Part shown: positions 34,656 through 42,530 of the stretch, in pieces
Layout: each line of letters begins with the position of its first letter
Position numbering within the stretch: position 1 is the first letter of the stretch
IMG/VR virus record: IMGVR_UViG_3300048865_000013
Location: 1-42,530 of that record
Source of the DNA: a virus
Taxonomy: Duplodnaviria; Caudoviricetes
Reading direction: 5' to 3' (one strand)
Length of the DNA: 42,530 bases
Translations under genes and position numbers: made by a program
Notes under the pieces: generated by a model
Seen by the model: the letters and a program-made list of their open reading frames with translations, nothing else
Database searches by the model: none
What the model was told of the DNA's origin: nothing

Positions 34656-35315
34656 ATGGGTTGGTTGACAGATCATTTTCGCAAACCGGGGCAAGACGAC
34701 CACGGACAGCCGTTGGCCCCATATCGGAAGCAGGCAGTTGCCGCCCGGCAGATCGATGAGCTCATCGGGATCGTGAAGGGCGTAACGGCCGACGGCATGG
34801 TTCATCAGGGCGAAGTGGAATACATACTGCAGTGGCTTGAAGCCAACCGCGGTGCGATGCAAGAGTGGCCGGCAAAGGCAATCTATCCCCGCCTGTCCGC
34901 CGCATTGGCGGATGGGAGGATCGACGAGGAGGAAGAGCGGGAAATTCTCGACCTTCTTTTGTCCACGGTGGGCGGCAACACCGCACCCCAAGCCGGCCAG
35001 CCCAGTGACAGCACCGCCCTCCCGCTTTGCAATCCCGCGCCATCGATCGTCTTTGAGGGCCGGACGTTCTGTTTCACTGGCAAGTTCTCGAGCGGGAGCC
35101 GGTCCTGGTGTCAGGAAGCCGTCGTAGCGCGCGGCGGCGCGCCGGCGGACACCATCACGAAGAAGCTGCACTTCCTCGTGATCGGAGAGATCGGTAGTCG
35201 CGATTGGCTCCATTCCACTCATGGGACGAAGATCCTCAAAGCCGTGGAATACCGAGATAACGGGGTTCCGATCTCAATCGTGAGCGAACGACACTGGTTC
35301 GACCACCTTCGATAA
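34656..35315 (+). CDS. TerB-like N-terminus + BRCT domain protein (immunity-region moron)
   Basis: ADG.V...E...I..WL, then F.GRTFCFTG.F...R......V..RGG, LVIG, G.K..KA, I.IVSE..W. Confidence 0.85.
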   Translation: MGWLTDHFRKPGQDDHGQPLAPYRKQAVAARQIDELIGIVKGVTADGMVHQGEVEYILQWLEANRGAMQEWPAKAIYPRLSAALADGRIDEEEEREILDLLLSTVGGNTAPQAGQPSDSTALPLCNPAPSIVFEGRTFCFTGKFSSGSRSWCQEAVVARGGAPADTITKKLHFLVIGEIGSRDWLHSTHGTKILKAVEYRDNGVPISIVSERHWFDHLR

Positions 35316-35333
35316 GCGCTTCTCATACCGAAT

Positions 35334-35364
35334 AGGCCCGCCGCGCGCGGGCCTGTTTCTTTTT
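35334..35364 (+). terminator. Intrinsic terminator after the cI-BRCT operon
   Basis: AGGCCCGC/GCGGGCCT stem followed by a T-rich tract. Confidence 0.75.
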
Positions 35365-35434
35365 ATCAGACGCCTGTGCGGAAACAGCAGGCGCTTCTGC
35401 AGAAAGAATCACATTACTCTGCCGTTCTCTCCTG

Positions 35435-35716
35435 ATGACACGAAGCCGCCATCAGACGCGGCAGAGGAGCGGTATGGGAAGGGTCATTCAACTCGCGGCC
35501 TACGCTCACAGGCGGCGAGCAGCCTCTGTCTGTGACACAGCTTCCGACGAGACGGACGAGGAATCCGGGTCGATTCACGTTCTGCGCCGGCCGGACGGAT
35601 CCCGCTCGGTCACCCTCCGGGGCATCTACGCCCAGGATCATCCGTACGCGATCGAAGCACTGGCCGACGCCATCTCACAAATTGCCTCCCACATGCGACG
35701 CGCCAAGATCCCATGA
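35435..35716 (+). CDS. Hypothetical protein (start may be 35474, MGRVIQLAAY)
   Basis: GAGGAG RBS before the internal ATG; own upstream motif pair. Confidence 0.65.
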   Translation: MTRSRHQTRQRSGMGRVIQLAAYAHRRRAASVCDTASDETDEESGSIHVLRRPDGSRSVTLRGIYAQDHPYAIEALADAISQIASHMRRAKIP

Positions 35717-35724
35717 AGAATCTA

Positions 35725-35753
35725 TAGCGTTGCTTCAGTAGCAGTGCTATAGT
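35725..35753 (+). promoter_or_regulatory. OL/PL: two TAGC-N3-GCT(A/T) operators with extended -10 TGcTATAGT
   Basis: Operators at 35725-35735 and 35739-35749 match OR. Confidence 0.75.
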
Positions 35754-35785
35754 TACCCCGTCAACGACTACTTCGGAGATGCGGG

Positions 35786-35875
35786 ATGGGTCAGTTCATG
35801 CTTTTCATTGGCGGGGTGTGGCTGGCGATCGTGCTGATCGCTATTGGCGTCGTTCGTGGTGGCGCGGAGGTCTGA
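35786..35875 (+). CDS. 29-aa hydrophobic peptide, first PL gene
   Basis: GGAG RBS; MGQFMLFIGGVWLAIVLIAIGVVRGGAEV; not in the ORF track. Confidence 0.5.
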   Translation: MGQFMLFIGGVWLAIVLIAIGVVRGGAEV

Positions 35876-35876
35876 C

Positions 35877-36554
35877 ATGGACTGCACCCAGCAAGACTTC
35901 GAGCGCGTCACCGCCGATCACCAGATGACCGTCTATCGGGACGACGGCGTCGAGCGGCACCTGTCGTTCCGTGACAAGGACGGAAGCAGCAGCTACTGGT
36001 TCGAGATCCTGACTTGGCCTGGTGCCCTCTGCATCCGCGGCGACTGTGGCACGTACGTGTTCAGCCGCACGCGCGACATGTTCGAGTTCTTTCGTCAGGG
36101 CATGGGAAACGACCCGAGCAGGCTTCGGATCAATCCCTCGTACTGGATGGAGAAGCTCCAGGCCGTCAATAGCTGTGGCTATGGGGAAGGCGCTGCCAAG
36201 CGCTTTAGCGAACAGAAGTTCCGACGCAACGTGGTGCACTGGTTCCGTCGCCACACTGATCCAATTTGGCACCCGGAAGCGTACGAACATCGCTGGGCCA
36301 TCTGGAAGACCATCCGTGAAGAGGTGTTGGAAAGGGTCGACTCGCACGACCCGAGCTACAACTTCACGTTGCTGAACGACTTCGAGGTGTGGATCGATGT
36401 CGAGATGAAGTTCCGCCACAAGAACTTCTTCGACGAATTCTGGGAGCTCGACTGCAAGGACTACGACCACAGTTTCCTGTGGAACTGTTACGCGATCGCC
36501 TGGGCCATTCGTCAGTACGACTCGCACCACGCGGCCTTGGAGGTCCAGTCGTGA
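35877..36554 (+). CDS. Conserved phage hypothetical protein (DDG..RHL...TWPG.L.I.GD.G family)
   Basis: GGAGG RBS; 225-aa aromatic-rich ORF. Confidence 0.78.
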   Translation: MDCTQQDFERVTADHQMTVYRDDGVERHLSFRDKDGSSSYWFEILTWPGALCIRGDCGTYVFSRTRDMFEFFRQGMGNDPSRLRINPSYWMEKLQAVNSCGYGEGAAKRFSEQKFRRNVVHWFRRHTDPIWHPEAYEHRWAIWKTIREEVLERVDSHDPSYNFTLLNDFEVWIDVEMKFRHKNFFDEFWELDCKDYDHSFLWNCYAIAWAIRQYDSHHAALEVQS

Positions 36555-36787
36555 CCGCCTATCAAGCCGCCGCTCGCCAGGCCGAAACCGAGAACCTGCA
36601 CGCTGAACTGCTGCACGAGCTCGAGCGCGCCCACAAGATCATCCGCAACGCCCTGCTGCTCATGTCGGTCAGCCAGGTCATGGTCTGGACCGAGCGCAAC
36701 GCGCGCGACGGCCTGGCAGGTAAATGCGTGACCCGGGCGGACGAGCGTGCCGCCGCGATCCAGCGCGCGGGAGGGACCATCCAGTGA
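36551..36787 (+). CDS. Hypothetical protein
   Basis: GTGA-coupled; EL..AH.II.NAL..M motif. Confidence 0.65.
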   Translation: MTAYQAAARQAETENLHAELLHELERAHKIIRNALLLMSVSQVMVWTERNARDGLAGKCVTRADERAAAIQRAGGTIQ

Positions 36788-36902
36788 CCTTCTTCCGCGC
36801 CCTCGCCTTATGGTTCGCTGTCGCCATCGGCGCCATCGCGCTCCTTGGGCTGCACGCCTACCTGGACGCCGATTCGACCACCACCCCTGTCTGGAGGTCC
36901 GC

Positions 36903-37025
36903 ATGAAGTTCCACGTCTACATCGACGGGCGCTATGCCTATCCGGGGATCTACGCCTGCAGCATCGATGCAGTGATCGACGCGATCTGCCTGGGCGCCCG
37001 TAAGGTCAAGGTGGTGCCCGCATGA
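36903..37025 (+). CDS. Small hypothetical protein (40 aa)
   Basis: GGAGG RBS; ATGA-coupled. Confidence 0.55.
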   Translation: MKFHVYIDGRYAYPGIYACSIDAVIDAICLGARKVKVVPA

Positions 37026-37145
37026 GCCACGCCGCCGCGGCCGGCGTCACCGGCGCCCTCTTCCTCTTGTTCATGGCGCTCGGCGCCTACCTCTCCTACC
37101 GCACCATGAAGCGCGCGGTGGATGACGCTCTGAAGGATCGTTCCC

Positions 37146-38399
37146 ATGGTTGATCAAACCCCAAGCGCAACCGAGAAACACGCCTTCGAATCGTGGTGGG
37201 GCACCGGCCAGTGGCCCACCGATGTCGCGCCGAGTGCATGGGCTCACAGGGAATCTGCCTGGAGCGCTTGGAGCGCGCGAGCCACCCTCGCGCAACAGCA
37301 AAGCGCGTGGCTGACGAAGGAAGACCTGGACGCCCTCTCCGATTACATCTACGAAGCGCTCGGGCGGCCATCCGATTGGGGCGGGTTCGACTACGACGGC
37401 GCGCGTGCGGCGCTATCTCGCGCCGCCCCGAGCGTTCCGGTGGTGGCATGGGTGCGCTTCTGCAGCGATGGCGGCGTGGAGGCGCCGATTATGGATTGGG
37501 ACCGCCGCATGGATGATGCCCGCAGGAAGTCCGGCGCATGGACGCCGCTGGGCGTTATTGCAGCCCCGCAGCCGAACGCGCAGCAGGCCGACTGCAAGTG
37601 CCGTCGCCTTGGTGACTGGGATGGCGCGCACCATCCGCTGTGTGATTCGGCCGCCGAGCAGCCCGCCTCTTTGCAGGCAGAGAGCGTCAAAGAGAATGCA
37701 GAGAGCTTGCAGAAAGGCGGGGAAGCGCGGGGGGTGGTTGCGTCCATTCTAGGCCCCGATGAGGATGGCATTCCCATCGCCCGCTACTCGCATCGCAGCA
37801 CCGGAATGCTGCCGCATCCGAACGGTACTTGGGTGCGGTACGGCGAGGTCGAGCAACGCGCCGCCCTACTCGCCGCGTCCGCCGCAGCCCTGGCGATGAC
37901 GTGCCCGAACCAAGATCGCAGCGACTGCGCGATGTTCGGGGCCGCGCCCGCCGCAGCAGAGGCGCAGGCACCAGTGGCGTGGAAGTGGCGTCGGCACAAA
38001 GTCGACCAGTGGCAATCGGAAGGCCATTGGGATGCCAGCGCGGCCGGATACGCCGCCGATCTGGAGCGTAAAGGCTTTGAAGTGGTTCGACTCTATGACG
38101 CACCGCAACCTGCCCAATCCCGGCAGGCGCAAGGCGGGGCGCTGTCGGATGAGGACATTGAACGCGAATGGGATCGCGCGTGGAAAGAGGTCAAGCCGCC
38201 AATCGGGATTCGCAAGGTCGTCTGCGCCACTGTCCGTGCATGCCTCAATCGCGCCGCATCGGAGCCGCGCACGGAGGGGCTGGAAGGCTACAGCTATCAG
38301 CAGTTGTTCGATGCAATCGCGTTTGCGACGTGCTCGCCGATTGCCGGACAAGTCGCTATTTCAGTTGCGGATTTCCGCGCTTTCCTCGCCGCGCAGTAG
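37146..38399 (+). CDS. Mosaic early-region hypothetical protein
   Basis: 417-aa ORF with recurrent PVAW / LSDE modules typical of Ead/Ea22-like patchworks. Confidence 0.7.
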   Translation: MVDQTPSATEKHAFESWWGTGQWPTDVAPSAWAHRESAWSAWSARATLAQQQSAWLTKEDLDALSDYIYEALGRPSDWGGFDYDGARAALSRAAPSVPVVAWVRFCSDGGVEAPIMDWDRRMDDARRKSGAWTPLGVIAAPQPNAQQADCKCRRLGDWDGAHHPLCDSAAEQPASLQAESVKENAESLQKGGEARGVVASILGPDEDGIPIARYSHRSTGMLPHPNGTWVRYGEVEQRAALLAASAAALAMTCPNQDRSDCAMFGAAPAAAEAQAPVAWKWRRHKVDQWQSEGHWDASAAGYAADLERKGFEVVRLYDAPQPAQSRQAQGGALSDEDIEREWDRAWKEVKPPIGIRKVVCATVRACLNRAASEPRTEGLEGYSYQQLFDAIAFATCSPIAGQVAISVADFRAFLAAQ

Positions 38400-38410
38400 A
38401 AGGGGGCGTG

Positions 38411-38599
38411 ATGGTCAAGAACTGCGTGAACTGCAAGCACCTCAAGCTGCGCAAGCGGTGGGGCATCGTCATTGAGCCGGCCTGTCGCGCTCAGGCGGGG
38501 AAGAAGTGGCCGATCAGCGTCGCTCTGAAACAAGAGCGATGCGGACCGCGCCGAGCGTGGTGGACCGCGCAACCGACCGGAGGCGGCAATGCAAATTGA
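38411..38599 (+). CDS. Small Cys-rich hypothetical protein
   Basis: C..CKH...C...CGP...W; RBS present. Confidence 0.55.
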   Translation: MVKNCVNCKHLKLRKRWGIVIEPACRAQAGKKWPISVALKQERCGPRRAWWTAQPTGGGNAN

Positions 38600-39314
38600 T
38601 CTCGATGCGCTGGAACGTCTGGTGAAGCGCGCGCTCGCGGTACGACACACGAACGTCGGCATCGAAGCGGCAGAGCTGTCGGCCCTGATCGCCAAAGTTC
38701 GTGAACTGGAGCGCCTCAGCGCATCCGCATACCAGAACGGCATGGCGGACGAACGCAAGGCAAGCAACCTGTACGCGAAGGGCTGGAACGACGCGCGCAG
38801 AGCGATGGACGTGCAGCGGTCGAGTGTCCGGGGCTATCAACCAGCGGGCGGGAAGCTGCCGCCTCCACCAAGGCCGGCGCAGCGCGATACGGCGCGAGGC
38901 GTGCCGGAGGGGTGGAAGCTGGTGCCGGTGGAACCGACTCCGGAAATCATGGCTGGCGCCGCCCTCGCTGTTCTGCGACCCGCATCGAAAGCCGACCTAG
39001 AGCTTGCGCAGGCGACTGCACGCATCGTGCTGGAGCGCGCGACCGCTGTGCCGCCTGGCCTGACGGCGGACATGCTCGCCGCCAGCATCGCCACAATGGC
39101 ACCAGCCTACCGCGCCATGCTCGCCTCGGCATCCACGCCGCCGGCTGGCGATGCGGAGCTGGATCGAGATGCGCAGCGGTACGCCTACGTGCTGGACTGC
39201 GAAGTGATCGCTGCGCGGAAGTACCTGCCTAACCTCGACGCTGAAGAGTTCAAGACCAAGCGTCGCGCCGCCCACGACGTCGCTATAGCCGCCAGCAAGG
39301 GAGAGAAGGCATGA
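38589..39314 (+). CDS. Ead/Ea22-like mosaic protein
   Basis: IDLDALE.L, VPEGWKLVP.EPTPE, YRAML, RDA.RY modules. Confidence 0.7.
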   Translation: MQIDLDALERLVKRALAVRHTNVGIEAAELSALIAKVRELERLSASAYQNGMADERKASNLYAKGWNDARRAMDVQRSSVRGYQPAGGKLPPPPRPAQRDTARGVPEGWKLVPVEPTPEIMAGAALAVLRPASKADLELAQATARIVLERATAVPPGLTADMLAASIATMAPAYRAMLASASTPPAGDAELDRDAQRYAYVLDCEVIAARKYLPNLDAEEFKTKRRAAHDVAIAASKGEKA

Positions 39315-39718
39315 AAGCCAGACGAATCCGAACGCTCGCCCAGCAGCGCGGCAAGGTCATTACCGACAAGCTGCGCATCGGCCCCGACTGGGTGCCGACG
39401 CCGCGAAACATCAACGCGCTGCCCCGGCCGCTGCGCGACTACATCATCCGGCTGGAGGCGCGCGACCCGCAGCACAGCATCAAGAAGATCGCCATGCTGC
39501 AGGACCACATCCGCATGGTCGAGACCGACAACAAGCGGCTGCGGCGCCTGGTCGAGTCCGAGCACAAGGAGGCGGAGCGCTATCGCACCTTCTGCGCTGC
39601 TGGCTGGCCCATCTGCTTCCTTGGCACCGAATACCACGACAAGGAAGTCCTGGACGCGGCGATCGACGCCATCCGCCAACCCAACAATGCTCCTCTCGGC
39701 AAGGAGGTCCGTCGATGA
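39311..39718 (+). CDS. Hypothetical protein
   Basis: ATGA-coupled; NINALP.PLR.YI..LE, LDAAID. Confidence 0.7.
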   Translation: MKARRIRTLAQQRGKVITDKLRIGPDWVPTPRNINALPRPLRDYIIRLEARDPQHSIKKIAMLQDHIRMVETDNKRLRRLVESEHKEAERYRTFCAAGWPICFLGTEYHDKEVLDAAIDAIRQPNNAPLGKEVRR

Positions 39719-40395
39719 GCCGGAATTGGTCCGAGGCGGAGCTTGACGTGCTGCGCCAGTTCTACCCCTCCAGTCGAACCGAGGACATCGCCAAAGCGTT
39801 GGGCCGGCCCGTGCCCGCGGTCTACAACAAGGCCGGGCAGCTCGGCCTGAAGAAGAGCGCCGAGTACCTGGCCAGCCCCGCCGCGAACCGCCTCGATGGC
39901 AAGCGGGGCGCGCAAACCCGTTTCGGCAAAGGCCATGCTCCGTGGAACAAGGGACTGAAAGGAGCGACCGGCAAACACCCGAACTCCGTACGGAGCCATT
40001 TCCGCAAGGGAGAGCGGCGCGGTGTGGCGAACACAAACTACAAACCGATCGGCAGCGAGCGGATCAGCGCCGACGGCTACCTGGAACGAAAGGTCACCGA
40101 CGATCCGTCGATCGTGCCGGCGAGGCGTTGGGTTGGCGTCCACCGCCTGGTCTGGGAAGCGGCGCACGGACCCATCCCGCGTGGGCACGCCGTAACGTTC
40201 CGGCCTGGCCGTCGGACTACCGATGCCGCCCTGATTACCCCTGACGCGCTAGAGCTGGTGAGCCGCGCAGAGCTGGCCCGACGCAACCACCCAAGATCGC
40301 GATCGCCCGAGCTGGCGAAGCTCGTCCAGCTCAAGGGAGCGATCACCCGACAAGTCAATCGAATCGCCCGGAAAGCGAAGGAGAAGGCAGTATGA
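39715..40395 (+). CDS. HNH-like protein with N-terminal Myb-like and NUMOD-type repeats
   Basis: F.KGH.PWNKG, PIGSER...DGY, HRLVWE..HGPIP. Confidence 0.8.
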   Translation: MSRNWSEAELDVLRQFYPSSRTEDIAKALGRPVPAVYNKAGQLGLKKSAEYLASPAANRLDGKRGAQTRFGKGHAPWNKGLKGATGKHPNSVRSHFRKGERRGVANTNYKPIGSERISADGYLERKVTDDPSIVPARRWVGVHRLVWEAAHGPIPRGHAVTFRPGRRTTDAALITPDALELVSRAELARRNHPRSRSPELAKLVQLKGAITRQVNRIARKAKEKAV

Positions 40396-40661
40396 GCAAC
40401 AACATCGCAACCGTCCGTCAGCATCTCCTCGACACGCTGGCTGATCTCCGAAACCGCGAGAAGCCCATGGACGTCGATCGCGCTCGCGCGGTGGCGGACG
40501 TCGCGCGCGTTCTCGTGGACAGCGCGAAGGTTGAGGTCGACTTCCTCAAGGCGACCAACGCCACCGGATCCGAATTCCTGCAGCCCGACGGCTCGGAGGG
40601 TGACAAGAACCCGAGCCTTCCGTCCGGCATCACAGGGATCCGCCGACACGTCCTGCGCTGA
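40392..40661 (+). CDS. Hypothetical protein coupled to the HNH-like gene
   Basis: RA.AV..VA..LVDSAKVEVDF.K motif. Confidence 0.75.
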   Translation: MSNNIATVRQHLLDTLADLRNREKPMDVDRARAVADVARVLVDSAKVEVDFLKATNATGSEFLQPDGSEGDKNPSLPSGITGIRRHVLR

Positions 40662-40669
40662 GGATCAAA

Positions 40670-40978
40670 ATGGGAGCATCGCTTAAACCCATCTATCTCG
40701 ACCTGCCGACCGTGGCGGCGGTGGTCTCGCTCTCAGAGGCGCAGATCCAAAAGCTGGTGCGTGAGGAGCAATTCCCTCGCCCTCGCATGCTGTCCGGCCG
40801 GCGCGTTGGCTGGCTGCTTCGTGAGATCGAAGACTGGGCCGAGGCACGGCCGGTATCCAACCTATTGCCTCCGCCGAATACCGGCCACCCCAATCGCGGC
40901 GCGGCCATGCGTCAAGCGCGCGGCGGCAACGACGCGGCCAGCTCCTCCAGCTTCGCGTCGACCACCGACAACCACTGA
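40670..40978 (+). CDS. AlpA-family excisionase/regulator
   Basis: V.LS...I..LV....FP.P..L..RRVGW...EI..W. Confidence 0.85.
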   Translation: MGASLKPIYLDLPTVAAVVSLSEAQIQKLVREEQFPRPRMLSGRRVGWLLREIEDWAEARPVSNLLPPPNTGHPNRGAAMRQARGGNDAASSSSFASTTDNH

Positions 40979-42204
40979 CGGCGCTCGGCATCGTACGTGT
41001 GCCGGTTGTAGACGCCGCGCGAGCCGGGAATCATATGGCCGATGATCACTTCTGCGACCTCCTCGCTGCAGCCCAGTGCAGCGAGCATCGTGCGAGTCGT
41101 CCGGCGCAGGTCATGCGGCGCCCAGTGCGTCACGGTCAATCGCGGGCGCTTCGATTCAGGCCTGGTCTTTGAGTAGGGCTGATGGAAATGGACCGCGGTC
41201 TGGATGACCTTTTGTTCTATCGATCCGTTGTGCCGGTTCGGGAATAGATAGCCGCGGCCATATTGCTGCATGCGCCGGCGGACGATCTGTTCGGCCCTGC
41301 CGATAATGGGCACGCGGAAGTCGGTCGCATTTTCGTGGCGGGCATTCTTCGTCTTAGCCTTCGGCAATGTCCACCACAGTCCGTCCGGCTCCTCCGTGAT
41401 CTCCTTCCCCTCCATGGATACGATCTCGGCGCCGCGCGCGCCCGTCCAGAGGTACAACGTCAGGACGTCCGCGACGGTTCGGCTGAAGTTCGGCATCCAC
41501 CTGATCAGCTCCCCGACCTCCGGGTTGCTAAGGACGCGCTTCCCGGCTCCCACCTTCTTGCCTTCGATATTCTTGCCCTGACTCCGGAGGCGGCCCCGCA
41601 TGATTTGCCGCCACCAGTTTGGCGTCGTGTCTGGCAAACGGCCCGAGTCCAGGCCATAGTCCCAAGCCGCCCCGAGTTCCCCTCGAAGCTTTGATGCCTG
41701 AACCGGGGTGCCGGCATGCGACTCGAGCAGATCGAATGCCTGCGTTCGCGTCACGGCCGCCGCTGGCAGTGTCCCGAACTTACCGAGCATCGTGTCGAAA
41801 GTGCGTCGCACCTCCTTCGCGCCCTTGAGCTTGCGATGCCGCTCCACGTGGCCAAGAAGGTAGTCCTCGCACAACCTGAGCACGGTGTAGGGGCCGCCCT
41901 GCGTTACCATACTGCCGTTTGCGGCACCGACCTGGCTGCGAGCGGCTCGCCGCTCGGCCGCGGGGTCCCGGCCGGCATCGCGCTGCTCGCGCAACTTCTC
42001 CCATTCGACCGCCGCGGCGGCCGGCGACATAGCTGGCCACTGCCCTATTTTCACCTGGCGCATGCGCCCGTCGACCGGAGACTTGTAGCGATAGACCCAT
42101 GACCGGCGCGACGTCGTTGCCTCCAGGCGCAGGCCTGGGCAGCCGTCGATGGTCAGGTGCTCGCCCGCGGCAAGCAGCTTTGCAGCGCGCGCATCGAAGC
42201 GCAT
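40912..42204 (-). CDS. int: Tyrosine integrase with arm-binding domain (P4-like)
   Basis: GL.L......SW.YRY, TGAR.AEI, HDLRRT, IIGH, VYNRH.Y. Confidence 0.95.
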   Translation of the reverse strand: MRFDARAAKLLAAGEHLTIDGCPGLRLEATTSRRSWVYRYKSPVDGRMRQVKIGQWPAMSPAAAAVEWEKLREQRDAGRDPAAERRAARSQVGAANGSMVTQGGPYTVLRLCEDYLLGHVERHRKLKGAKEVRRTFDTMLGKFGTLPAAAVTRTQAFDLLESHAGTPVQASKLRGELGAAWDYGLDSGRLPDTTPNWWRQIMRGRLRSQGKNIEGKKVGAGKRVLSNPEVGELIRWMPNFSRTVADVLTLYLWTGARGAEIVSMEGKEITEEPDGLWWTLPKAKTKNARHENATDFRVPIIGRAEQIVRRRMQQYGRGYLFPNRHNGSIEQKVIQTAVHFHQPYSKTRPESKRPRLTVTHWAPHDLRRTTRTMLAALGCSEEVAEVIIGHMIPGSRGVYNRHTYDAERRQWLSVVDAKLEELAASLPPRA

Positions 42205-42214
42205 GGTTCTCCTC

Positions 42215-42285
42215 GGCGTAGGTTTTTCGTGCCGAGGTTTGCGCCCGGCGTAGGTTTTCGATTTAAGCGACCGAAAAGCTACGCT
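42215..42285. promoter_or_regulatory. Putative integrase arm-type sites (GGCGTAGGTTTT twice; AAAAGCTACGCT)
   Basis: Repeats at 42215-42226, 42247-42258 and 42274-42285 match those at 128-149. Confidence 0.62.
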
Positions 42286-42298
42286 GAGGGCGTGAGTT

Positions 42299-42328
42299 TT
42301 GCAAGATGTAGATGGGTGTCGTTATAGT
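42299..42328 (+). promoter_or_regulatory. Phage-borne sigma70-like promoter for rebuilt mutS (TTGCAA-18-TATAGT)
   Basis: Good consensus; the -10 ends 34 nt upstream of the replacement ATG. Confidence 0.65.
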
Positions 42329-42362
42329 GCGTGCACTCGGTGCACAAACCCGGAAACCGAGA

Positions 42363-42530
42363 ATGGACAAGGCTGTGCAGGAAATTACCGAGTCAAAACA
42401 AGAAGTTGCGGGACGCTCCGCAAGCCGTGAAACGCCGATGATGCAGCAGTACCTGCGCATCAAGGCCGACCATCCGGACACCCTGCTGTTCTACCGGATG
42501 GGCGATTTCTACGAGCTGTTCCACGACGAC
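42363..42530 (+). CDS. mutS: DNA mismatch repair protein MutS (5' part; first 23 codons phage-derived)
   Basis: [56 protein letters not shown]; runs off the window. Confidence 0.93.
   Translation, partial: MDKAVQEITESKQEVAGRSASRETPMMQQYLRIKADHPDTLLFYRMGDFYELFHDD
42432..42455 (+). repeat. Right att core ACGCCGATGATGCAGCAGTACCTG
   Basis: Identical to 76-99. Confidence 0.95.

Larger units (their letters stand above)
76..42455. mobile_element. Complete lambdoid (HK97-head, lambda-tail) prophage integrated in mutS
   Basis: Flanking 24-bp direct repeat, plus integrase/excisionase, immunity, replication, head, tail and lysis modules with no obvious breaks. Confidence 0.95.

Noticed and set aside
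34656-35315. NAD-dependent DNA ligase
   Set aside because: Only a BRCT-like domain is present; there is no adenylation (KxDG) or OB domain.
42363-42530. mutS inactivation (mutator lysogen)
   Set aside because: The phage end supplies an in-frame start and a promoter, so the gene appears rebuilt rather than destroyed; the rest of mutS lies outside the window.

Overview
The window holds one apparently complete ~42.4 kb lambdoid, HK97-head siphovirus prophage from a GC-rich host, probably a betaproteobacterium. It is integrated into the 5' end of mutS and bounded by a perfect 24-bp direct repeat (76-99 and 42432-42455). The phage supplies a new sigma70-like promoter and a new N-terminus that rebuild mutS at the right end. 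Left to right: a low-GC three-gene cargo operon; a LexA-box gene followed by DUF2188 and a minimal ATP-dependent ligase; micro-peptides; a lipoprotein moron; a lysis cassette with apparently two spanin pairs; a secreted stand-alone TonB C-terminal-domain moron; lambda-type tail and HK97-type head genes; tRNA-Met and a structured RNA behind the late promoter; Q; a nin-like region with a two-frame C5 methyltransferase; a replication initiator with iterons; a YdaT/XRE/Cro/CI immunity region with a BRCT moron; early-left genes; AlpA-type Xis; and a tyrosine integrase. The best candidates for new biology are the TonB-decoy moron, a second paired-palindrome motif linking three distant loci, the promoter swap at mutS, the att-proximal membrane/YbjN-like operon and the overlapping-frame multi-TRD methyltransferase. 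All family calls come from motif recognition by eye, not from database searches.
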